From: Eledone cirrhosa
Lineage: Eukaryota
Direction: 5' to 3'
DNA length: 64,000 nucleotides
Assembly (NCBI GenBank): GCA_964016885.1
Contig: OZ024745.1
Span: 134,602,001-134,666,000 of the forward strand
Position 1 is the first letter of the stretch. The number at the start of each line of letters is the position of its first letter. A program made the translations under genes and the position numbers. Under the pieces are notes generated by a model that was not told where the DNA came from, ran no database searches, and was given only the letters and a program-made list of their open reading frames with translations. Below are positions 52,701 through 64,000 of this stretch, piece by piece.

Positions 52701-55700
52701 CGGTCCTTCGTCATCTCCTTGGTGAGTTTCAGCGATCTGAAGTCGGCTCTCACCACCTCCACCCATGTTTTTCGTGGTCTTCCTCTACTGCGTCTCCCTT
52801 CTTTACCCAGCGCTCAACCTCCATGCGCATCACATGTCCATACCATCTCAGTCCTCTCTTGCACACCACAACTTATCCCTCTTAAACACAGTTTCTCTCT
52901 CAACTCGTTTATGCTTGGTCGTTCCCGCACATTGACATTGCACATCCAACGGAGCGTGCTTGCTTCATTTCTCTCCAGCCATCGCATACCCTCTGCAGTT
53001 GCTGTCCATGTTTCACTACCATGCAGGGTCGCACATCTCACATAGGCATCATGTAACCACACTTTCGTACGCATATATATATTTGTATATATGTATATAT
53101 ATATATATATATATGTGTGTGTATGTATATATATGTATGTATATATTTGTCCTGGGTATGACATTAAACTACATCCAGTGGCAAGGCTCAAGTTCAGGAG
53201 GAACTGTGGGGAACATGGAGTTACCCCCTTAGTTGTCATAACTCCCAGGTCTGCTCTGGCCTGGTGTAGTAGTACCTGTTGGGGCCCCATTTATAGGTTA
53301 AATAATAAGATGACAGATCGGCGTACCCTATCAAAGGCCTTCTCTAGGTCAACAAAGGCTAAGTATAGTGGCTTATTTTTCTCTAAGAACCTCTCTTGTA
53401 ATTGTCTCATCAAGAAGAGGGCATCTGTTGTACTATTCCCAGGCACAAAACCAAACTGCATCTCATCTAGTTTGACCCTTTCTCTAATTAGTTGTGCTAA
53501 TATCCTTTCTGCCACTTTCATAACCTGATCCATCAGTTTTATATCCCTATAATTTCTCCTCTCAAGAGCGTCCCCTTTACTTTTGCACTAGTCTTTGGGT
53601 ATGACACTGCCATATATAGCCTGATTGATGATGTGTGCAACCAGTTTAGTGCCTACGTCCCCTGAGGCCTTCAGCATCTCAGCAACTATCTCCGATGGTC
53701 CAGCAGCCTCACCATTTTTCAATTCCTTAATCGCCTCTTGGACCCTATATTCGTTAATCTCAATTTTAAATGGACCTCTTGATAAGACGAAATGACCTGT
53801 ATAATTTTTTTTTCATATTTAGATGGAATAGAAGAAAAAGAAGAGAAATGAAAGCAATGAAATTAAGTTTTAGAGAAAATATACGCCAACGACAATGGAG
53901 GTATGATTTCAGTTTAATCTTAACCTAATGACCACTTTACAGAGTGTACTGGGTGTGTCTTACCTCGCTATGTTTACTGTAAACCCTAGATAACGAATGC
54001 CTTGTTGAGTGTTGTGAATTGTGAACGTGAGGTTGTGTTGTGGGGTTGCTTGGTGAGGTTGCATAAGAAGGGTGTTGTGAGTTTGCATTATGATGTAGCT
54101 TTGTGAGGCTTTGTTGTGAATTGATAAATATTTGAAAACACACCTCTGTCCCCTCAACAGTCAGTCAGTCATTTTCTACTAAAACTCATTGATGCGAGTC
54201 CCTAGCATTGTATCTGTAAGTACATTATGACTATTTTCTCTTGGTGGACTTGACATTCAAAGATATTTGTATATATTTTGTTGATGTTGTTTGTTAGTTA
54301 GGAAATTGCTTAAAAGCTACTTTGATCACAGCACTTTGTAAAGGCAACATATGTTTAAGATTCTTTTTTTCTTTTATTTTTGTTATTCAGATGACAGAGA
54401 AGGCAAAGAAAGGCACAGAAGAAAAGAACAATGACGATTATTATTATTATTATTACTATTATTATTTGTTTTATTATAATCAAAATATGCTGTTAGTTTG
54501 CCTGCTATCCCACTACGTGCCTGCTATCGCACTCGATCTTTTGTGTACGTTTTATATAATTTATGCCAGTTCCGTTTCTGCATATCGAACATGGCCATTT
54601 CCCTGACGGAATAGAGTTTTGTCCTCTTTTCTACTCATCAACACTCATTCGTGACACAAAGTACAGCGGCATCATTGCGGACAGACTTAATCCCGATTTG
54701 CACTGACACACTGCCTCGCAGTACGGAACAGCGCACGTCGTCGAGCAGCCTCCTTGCATGCTAAGTACACCTGACGTCTAGCTTCTCTCTTAGCGGCTGT
54801 ATATTCTTCTCTACTCGCACTAATTTTGCAAGCATTCCATGCTAGTCTTTAGTCTCCAATGGCCCGATCTACCGTGCTGTCCCACCACCATGTCACTCTC
54901 TGTCTGGTTGGAACTCTGATCCAGCCACAAGTTTCATCAGTAACCTGCAGTAAGGTATCGCATAAGAAATTCCAGTTATCATCTATGTTGTACGACTCTA
55001 AATCGTCTTCTTTTTCATCATACACATATTGAAGGGCTTTCCTAAATTTGTATTTTAGTGAGAGCTCTTTTAGCTTCCAGACCTTTCTTTTTTCCACACC
55101 TTCCTGTATGTCTCATTCAGTCTCTTGCTTAATGAGATATCACTAACGACTAACCTATGCTGTGGGGTACATTCTTCCCCGGGGTATGCCTTTGCATTTG
55201 ACACCATCTGCCTGTCCCGCTGCCTAACTAGCAAGAAATCAATCTGGCTTATGTGCTTGCCTGATTTGTAGGTTATTAGGTGGTTGGCAGATTTGTGTAA
55301 GTTAGTGTTGTAGATGGTTAGTGCAATTGCATTGCAAAATTCAAGAAGTTTCACTGCTTCATTTCTTAAGCCGTAAGTGTGCCCAACATGTACCTCAGTG
55401 TAACCATCGTAGAGCTGTCCAACATGACCATTGAAATCCCCTGCTAGCATAACGATGTCTCCGTCCTGTCATTGTGGCTGTTTGTAAAAATTGCTTGTAA
55501 ATGCAGAATTTCTTGTCTTTACCTAGCAGCAGTTTCTTGCTCTCAATTAACCCTAAAACTAGTCGTAACGCTAACAGTAACACTAACCGTAACACTAACT
55601 TATGCAGGCCTAGGTAAAGACGAGAAAGATAAAACAAGGAGTGATGCTATTTGAATTTTGTGATGCAAGTGTTTTAACCATTTGCAAAACCAACTTCCGC

Positions 55701-56441
55701 AAACCTGCCAACTGCCTAATAACCTACAAATTAGGCAAGCACAGAAGCCGGATTTCTCGGTAGTTAGGCAGCGAGACAGACAGATGGTGTGAAGTACCAG
55801 GGTGTGCCCCGGGGAGGACTGTTTCCCACAGCGTGGGTTGGTTGTTGGTGATGTCTCGGTGATCCTGAGACGGAGTGAGGAGGGTGTTTATAGGTAAATA
55901 GATAGACTGATGCACAGATATCTGGATAGATTGATAGAGAGATAGATATATAGAGAGCATCATTATCATCGTCTGTTCATCATTTTACGTCCGCTTTTCC
56001 CTGCTTGAAAGGGTGGGACAGGTCCTCTTGAGCAAAGCATCTCTTCACTTGTCACGGTCCTTCGTCATCTCCTTGGTGAGTTTCAGCGATCTGAAGTCGG
56101 CTCTCACCACCTCCACCCATGTTTTTCGTGGTCTTCCTCTACTGCGTCTCCCTTCTTTACCCAGCGCTCAACCTCCATGCGCATCACATGTCCATACCAT
56201 CTCAGTCCTCTCTTGCACACCACAACTTATCCCTCTTAAACACAGTTTCTCTCTCAACTCGTTTATGCTTGGTCGTTCCCGCACATTGACATTGCACATC
56301 CAACGGAGCGTGCTTGCTTCATTTCTCTCCAGCCATCGCATACCCTCTGCAGTTGCTGTCCATGTTTCACTACCATGCAGGGTCGCACATCTCGCATAGG
56401 CATCATGTAACCACACTTTCGTACGCATATATATATTTGTA

Positions 56442-56482
<41 letters not shown>

Positions 56483-59400
56483 ATATTTGTCCTGGGTATG
56501 ACATTAAACTACATCCAGTGGCAAGGCTCAAGTTCAGGAGGAACTGTGGGGAACATGGAGTTACCCCCTTAGTTGTCATAACTCCCAGGTCTGCTCTGGC
56601 CTGGTGTAGTAGTACCTGTTGGGGCCCCATTTATAGGTTAAATAATAAGATGACAGATCGGCGTACCCTATCAAAGGCCTTCTCTAGGTCAACAAAGGCT
56701 AAGTATAGTGGCTTATTTTTCTCTAAGAACCTCTCTTGTAATTGTCTCATCAAGAAGAGGGCATCTGTTGTACTATTCCCAGGCACAAAACCAAACTGCA
56801 TCTCATCTAGTTTGACCCTTTCTCTAATTAGTTGTGCTAATATCCTTTCTGCCACTTTCATAACCTGATCCATCAGTTTTATATCCCTATAATTTCTCCT
56901 CTCAAGAGCGTCCCCTTTACTTTTGCACTAGTCTTTGGGTATGACACTGCCATATATAGCCTGATTGATGATGTGTGCAACCAGTTTAGTGCCTACGTCC
57001 CCTGAGGCCTTCAGCATCTCAGCAACTATCTCCGATGGTCCAGCAGCCTCACCATTTTTCAATTCCTTAATCGCCTCTTGGACCCTATATTCGTTAATCT
57101 CAATTTTAAATGGACCTCTTGATAAGACGAAATGACCTGTATAATTTTTTTTTCATATTTAGATGGAATAGAAGAAAAAGAAGAGAAATGAAAGCAATGA
57201 AATTAAGTTTTAGAGAAAATATACGCCAACGACAATGGAGGTATGATTTCAGTTTAATCTTAACCTAATGACCACTTTACAGAGTGTACTGGGTGTGTCT
57301 TACCTCGCTATGTTTACTGTAAACCCTAGATAACGAATGCCTTGTTGAGTGTTGTGAATTGTGAACGTGAGGTTGTGTTGTGGGGTTGCTTGGTGAGGTT
57401 GCATAAGAAGGGTGTTGTGAGTTTGCATTATGATGTAGCTTTGTGAGGCTTTGTTGTGAATTGATAAATATTTGAAAACACACCTCTGTCCCCTCAACAG
57501 TCAGTCAGTCATTTTCTACTAAAACTCATTGATGCGAGTCCCTAGCATTGTATCTGTAAGTACATTATGACTATTTTCTCTTGGTGGACTTGACATTCAA
57601 AGATATTTGTATATATTTTGTTGATGTTGTTTGTTAGTTAGGAAATTGCTTAAAAGCTACTTTGATCACAGCACTTTGTAAAGGCAACATATGTTTAAGA
57701 TTCTTTTTTTCTTTTATTTTTGTTATTCAGATGACAGAGAAGGCAAAGAAAGGCACAGAAGAAAAGAACAATGACGATTATTATTATTATTATTACTATT
57801 ATTATTTGTTTTATTATAATCAAAATATGCTGTTAGTTTGCCTGCTATCCCACTACGTGCCTGCTATCGCACTCGATCTTTTGTGTACGTTTTATATAAT
57901 TTATGCCAGTTCCGTTTCTGCATATCGAACATGGCCATTTCCCTGACGGAATAGAGTTTTGTCCTCTTTTCTACTCATCAACACTCATTCGTGACACAAA
58001 GTACAGCGGCATCATTGCGGACAGACTTAATCCCGATTTGCACTGACACACTGCCTCGCAGTACGGAACAGCGCACGTCGTCGAGCAGCCTCCTTGCATG
58101 CTAAGTACACCTGACGTCTAGCTTCTCTCTTAGCGGCTGTATATTCTTCTCTACTCGCACTAATTTTGCAAGCATTCCATGCTAGTCTTTAGTCTCCAAT
58201 GGCCCGATCTACCGTGCTGTCCCACCACCATGTCACTCTCTGTCTGGTTGGAACTCTGATCCAGCCACAAGTTTCATCAGTAACCTGCAGTAAGGTATCG
58301 CATAAGAAATTCCAGTTATCATCTATGTTGTACGACTCTAAATCGTCTTCTTTTTCATCATACACATATTGAAGGGCTTTCCTAAATTTGTATTTTAGTG
58401 AGAGCTCTTTTAGCTTCCAGACCTTTCTTTTTTCCACACCTTCCTGTATGTCTCATTCAGTCTCTTGCTTAATGAGATATCACTAACGACTAACCTATGC
58501 TGTGGGGTACATTCTTCCCCGGGGTATGCCTTTGCATTTGACACCATCTGCCTGTCCCGCTGCCTAACTAGCAAGAAATCAATCTGGCTTATGTGCTTGC
58601 CTGATTTGTAGGTTATTAGGTGGTTGGCAGATTTGTGTAAGTTAGTGTTGTAGATGGTTAGTGCAATTGCATTGCAAAATTCAAGAAGTTTCACTGCTTC
58701 ATTTCTTAAGCCGTAAGTGTGCCCAACATGTACCTCAGTGTAACCATCGTAGAGCTGTCCAACATGACCATTGAAATCCCCTGCTAGCATAACGATGTCT
58801 CCGTCCTGTCATTGTGGCTGTTTGTAAAAATTGCTTGTAAATGCAGAATTTCTTGTCTTTACCTAGCAGCAGTTTCTTGCTCTCAATTAACCCTAAAACT
58901 AGTCGTAACGCTAACAGTAACACTAACCGTAACACTAACTTATGCAGGCCTAGGTAAAGACGAGAAAGATAAAACAAGGAGTGATGCTATTTGAATTTTG
59001 TGATGCAAGTGTTTTAACCATTTGCAAAACCAACTTCCGCAAACCTGCCAACTGCCTAATAACCTACAAATTAGGCAAGCACAGAAGCCGGATTTCTCGG
59101 TAGTTAGGCAGCGAGACAGACAGATGGTGTGAAGTACCAGGGTGTGCCCCGGGGAGGACTGTTTCCCACAGCGTGGGTTGGTTGTTGGTGATGTCTCGGT
59201 GATCCTGAGACGGAGTGAGGAGGGTGTTTATAGGTAAATAGATAGACTGATGCACAGATATCTGGATAGATTGATAGAGAGATAGATATATAGAGAGCAT
59301 CATTATCATCGTCTGTTCATCATTTTACGTCCGCTTTTCCCTGCTTGAAAGGGTGGGACAGGTCCTCTTGAGCAAAGCATCTCTTCACTTGTCACGGTCC

Positions 59401-59781
59401 TTCGTCATCTCCTTGGTGAGTTTCAGCGATCTGAAGTCGGCTCTCACCACCTCCACCCATGTTTTTCGTGGTCTTCCTCTACTGCGTCTCCCTTCTTTAC
59501 CCAGCGCTCAACCTCCATGCGCATCACATGTCCATACCATCTCAGTCCTCTCTTGCACACCACAACTTATCCCTCTTAAACACAGTTTCTCTCTCAACTC
59601 GTTTATGCTTGGTCGTTCCCGCACATTGACATTGCACATCCAACGGAGCGTGCTTGCTTCATTTCTCTCCAGCCATCGCATACCCTCTGCAGTTGCTGTC
59701 CATGTTTCACTACCATGCAGGGTCGCACATCTCGCATAGGCATCATGTAACCACACTTTCGTACGCATATATATATTTGTA

Positions 59782-59822
<41 letters not shown>

Positions 59823-62800
59823 ATATTTGTCCTGGGTATGACATTAAACTACATCCAGTGGCAAGGCTCAAGTTCAGGAGGAACTGTGGGGAACATGGAG
59901 TTACCCCCTTAGTTGTCATAACTCCCAGGTCTGCTCTGGCCTGGTGTAGTAGTACCTGTTGGGGCCCCATTTATAGGTTAAATAATAAGATGACAGATCG
60001 GCGTACCCTATCAAAGGCCTTCTCTAGGTCAACAAAGGCTAAGTATAGTGGCTTATTTTTCTCTAAGAACCTCTCTTGTAATTGTCTCATCAAGAAGAGG
60101 GCATCTGTTGTACTATTCCCAGGCACAAAACCAAACTGCATCTCATCTAGTTTGACCCTTTCTCTAATTAGTTGTGCTAATATCCTTTCTGCCACTTTCA
60201 TAACCTGATCCATCAGTTTTATATCCCTATAATTTCTCCTCTCAAGAGCGTCCCCTTTACTTTTGCACTAGTCTTTGGGTATGACACTGCCATATATAGC
60301 CTGATTGATGATGTGTGCAACCAGTTTAGTGCCTACGTCCCCTGAGGCCTTCAGCATCTCAGCAACTATCTCCGATGGTCCAGCAGCCTCACCATTTTTC
60401 AATTCCTTAATCGCCTCTTGGACCCTATATTCGTTAATCTCAATTTTAAATGGACCTCTTGATAAGACGAAATGACCTGTATAATTTTTTTTTCATATTT
60501 AGATGGAATAGAAGAAAAAGAAGAGAAATGAAAGCAATGAAATTAAGTTTTAGAGAAAATATACGCCAACGACAATGGAGGTATGATTTCAGTTTAATCT
60601 TAACCTAATGACCACTTTACAGAGTGTACTGGGTGTGTCTTACCTCGCTATGTTTACTGTAAACCCTAGATAACGAATGCCTTGTTGAGTGTTGTGAATT
60701 GTGAACGTGAGGTTGTGTTGTGGGGTTGCTTGGTGAGGTTGCATAAGAAGGGTGTTGTGAGTTTGCATTATGATGTAGCTTTGTGAGGCTTTGTTGTGAA
60801 TTGATAAATATTTGAAAACACACCTCTGTCCCCTCAACAGTCAGTCAGTCATTTTCTACTAAAACTCATTGATGCGAGTCCCTAGCATTGTATCTGTAAG
60901 TACATTATGACTATTTTCTCTTGGTGGACTTGACATTCAAAGATATTTGTATATATTTTGTTGATGTTGTTTGTTAGTTAGGAAATTGCTTAAAAGCTAC
61001 TTTGATCACAGCACTTTGTAAAGGCAACATATGTTTAAGATTCTTTTTTTCTTTTATTTTTGTTATTCAGATGACAGAGAAGGCAAAGAAAGGCACAGAA
61101 GAAAAGAACAATGACGATTATTATTATTATTATTACTATTATTATTTGTTTTATTATAATCAAAATATGCTGTTAGTTTGCCTGCTATCCCACTACGTGC
61201 CTGCTATCGCACTCGATCTTTTGTGTACGTTTTATATAATTTATGCCAGTTCCGTTTCTGCATATCGAACATGGCCATTTCCCTGACGGAATAGAGTTTT
61301 GTCCTCTTTTCTACTCATCAACACTCATTCGTGACACAAAGTACAGCGGCATCATTGCGGACAGACTTAATCCCGATTTGCACTGACACACTGCCTCGCA
61401 GTACGGAACAGCGCACGTCGTCGAGCAGCCTCCTTGCATGCTAAGTACACCTGACGTCTAGCTTCTCTCTTAGCGGCTGTATATTCTTCTCTACTCGCAC
61501 TAATTTTGCAAGCATTCCATGCTAGTCTTTAGTCTCCAATGGCCCGATCTACCGTGCTGTCCCACCACCATGTCACTCTCTGTCTGGTTGGAACTCTGAT
61601 CCAGCCACAAGTTTCATCAGTAACCTGCAGTAAGGTATCGCATAAGAAATTCCAGTTATCATCTATGTTGTACGACTCTAAATCGTCTTCTTTTTCATCA
61701 TACACATATTGAAGGGCTTTCCTAAATTTGTATTTTAGTGAGAGCTCTTTTAGCTTCCAGACCTTTCTTTTTTCCACACCTTCCTGTATGTCTCATTCAG
61801 TCTCTTGCTTAATGAGATATCACTAACGACTAACCTATGCTGTGGGGTACATTCTTCCCCGGGGTATGCCTTTGCATTTGACACCATCTGCCTGTCCCGC
61901 TGCCTAACTAGCAAGAAATCAATCTGGCTTATGTGCTTGCCTGATTTGTAGGTTATTAGGTGGTTGGCAGATTTGTGTAAGTTAGTGTTGTAGATGGTTA
62001 GTGCAATTGCATTGCAAAATTCAAGAAGTTTCACTGCTTCATTTCTTAAGCCGTAAGTGTGCCCAACATGTACCTCAGTGTAACCATCGTAGAGCTGTCC
62101 AACATGACCATTGAAATCCCCTGCTAGCATAACGATGTCTCCGTCCTGTCATTGTGGCTGTTTGTAAAAATTGCTTGTAAATGCAGAATTTCTTGTCTTT
62201 ACCTAGCAGCAGTTTCTTGCTCTCAATTAACCCTAAAACTAGTCGTAACGCTAACAGTAACACTAACCGTAACACTAACTTATGCAGGCCTAGGTAAAGA
62301 CGAGAAAGATAAAACAAGGAGTGATGCTATTTGAATTTTGTGATGCAAGTGTTTTAACCATTTGCAAAACCAACTTCCGCAAACCTGCCAACTGCCTAAT
62401 AACCTACAAATTAGGCAAGCACAGAAGCCGGATTTCTCGGTAGTTAGGCAGCGAGACAGACAGATGGTGTGAAGTACCAGGGTGTGCCCCGGGGAGGACT
62501 GTTTCCCACAGCGTGGGTTGGTTGTTGGTGATGTCTCGGTGATCCTGAGACGGAGTGAGGAGGGTGTTTATAGGTAAATAGATAGACTGATGCACAGATA
62601 TCTGGATAGATTGATAGAGAGATAGATATATAGAGAGCATCATTATCATCGTCTGTTCATCATTTTACGTCCGCTTTTCCCTGCTTGAAAGGGTGGGACA
62701 GGTCCTCTTGAGCAAAGCATCTCTTCACTTGTCACGGTCCTTCGTCATCTCCTTGGTGAGTTTCAGCGATCTGAAGTCGGCTCTCACCACCTCCACCCAT

Positions 62801-63121
62801 GTTTTTCGTGGTCTTCCTCTACTGCGTCTCCCTTCTTTACCCAGCGCTCAACCTCCATGCGCATCACATGTCCATACCATCTCAGTCCTCTCTTGCACAC
62901 CACAACTTATCCCTCTTAAACACAGTTTCTCTCTCAACTCGTTTATGCTTGGTCGTTCCCGCACATTGACATTGCACATCCAACGGAGCGTGCTTGCTTC
63001 ATTTCTCTCCAGCCATCGCATACCCTCTGCAGTTGCTGTCCATGTTTCACTACCATGCAGGGTCGCACATCTCGCATAGGCATCATGTAACCACACTTTC
63101 GTACGCATATATATATTTGTA

Positions 63122-63162
<41 letters not shown>

Positions 63163-64000
63163 ATATTTGTCCTGGGTATGACATTAAACTACATCCAGTG
63201 GCAAGGCTCAAGTTCAGGAGGAACTGTGGGGAACATGGAGTTACCCCCTTAGTTGTCATAACTCCCAGGTCTGCTCTGGCCTGGTGTAGTAGTACCTGTT
63301 GGGGCCCCATTTATAGGTTAAATAATAAGATGACAGATCGGCGTACCCTATCAAAGGCCTTCTCTAGGTCAACAAAGGCTAAGTATAGTGGCTTATTTTT
63401 CTCTAAGAACCTCTCTTGTAATTGTCTCATCAAGAAGAGGGCATCTGTTGTACTATTCCCAGGCACAAAACCAAACTGCATCTCATCTAGTTTGACCCTT
63501 TCTCTAATTAGTTGTGCTAATATCCTTTCTGCCACTTTCATAACCTGATCCATCAGTTTTATATCCCTATAATTTCTCCTCTCAAGAGCGTCCCCTTTAC
63601 TTTTGCACTAGTCTTTGGGTATGACACTGCCATATATAGCCTGATTGATGATGTGTGCAACCAGTTTAGTGCCTACGTCCCCTGAGGCCTTCAGCATCTC
63701 AGCAACTATCTCCGATGGTCCAGCAGCCTCACCATTTTTCAATTCCTTAATCGCCTCTTGGACCCTATATTCGTTAATCTCAATTTTAAATGGACCTCTT
63801 GATAAGACGAAATGACCTGTATAATTTTTTTTTCATATTTAGATGGAATAGAAGAAAAAGAAGAGAAATGAAAGCAATGAAATTAAGTTTTAGAGAAAAT
63901 ATACGCCAACGACAATGGAGGTATGATTTCAGTTTAATCTTAACCTAATGACCACTTTACAGAGTGTACTGGGTGTGTCTTACCTCGCTATGTTTACTGT
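42890..64000. repeat. Macrosatellite tandem array, unit 3.34-3.51 kb, 6 full units plus a partial one running off the window
   Basis: The same ORF recurs at 43064, 46577, 49938, 53291, 56631, 59971 and 63311 (periods 3513, 3361, 3353, 3340, 3340, 3340). Each unit contains a SINE-like piece, several minus-strand RTE fragments, a unique AT-rich segment and one plus-strand APE fragment. Confidence 0.97.
45570..45822 (+). pseudogene. Inverted RTE APE fragment with an A-to-G hypermutated tract (present in each complete unit)
   Basis: FRKPANCLITYK..RQRDRQMV*SSRVCPGEDCFPQRGLVVGDVS versus the partner arm LHKSANHLITYK..RQRDRQMVSNTKAYPGEECTPQHRLVVSDIS (45031-45295, minus strand). Confidence 0.8.

Overview
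AT-rich eukaryotic (animal) genomic DNA with no intact protein-coding gene. The tRNA-derived CORE-type and Nin/Deu-domain SINEs, abundant RTE LINEs with (GAT)n tails and long (TA/TACA)n tracts point to an octopus or other coleoid cephalopod (inference from repeat families). The window is a graveyard of transposable elements: RTE, RTE-X, CR1 and CRE-type LINEs, a CsRn1-like Gypsy remnant, and Merlin and Tigger/pogo transposase remnants. It also holds satellites (11 bp, 65 bp, about 22 bp), a family of about 750-bp palindromic elements with two convergent tRNA-like heads, a mosaic duplication (1.1-6.1 kb built from the 37.3-39.0 kb and 25.4-29.1 kb segments), and a 3.34-3.5 kb macrosatellite running from about 42.9 kb past the window end. 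The most unusual signal is in inverted repeats that would fold on the + strand. They carry clustered, one-directional A-to-G differences in ADAR-type context (UAG favoured, never after G), at 11.0-12.6 kb and in every complete macrosatellite unit. This looks like A-to-I hyper-editing fixed in genomic DNA. All alignments and counts were done by eye, and boundaries are approximate.
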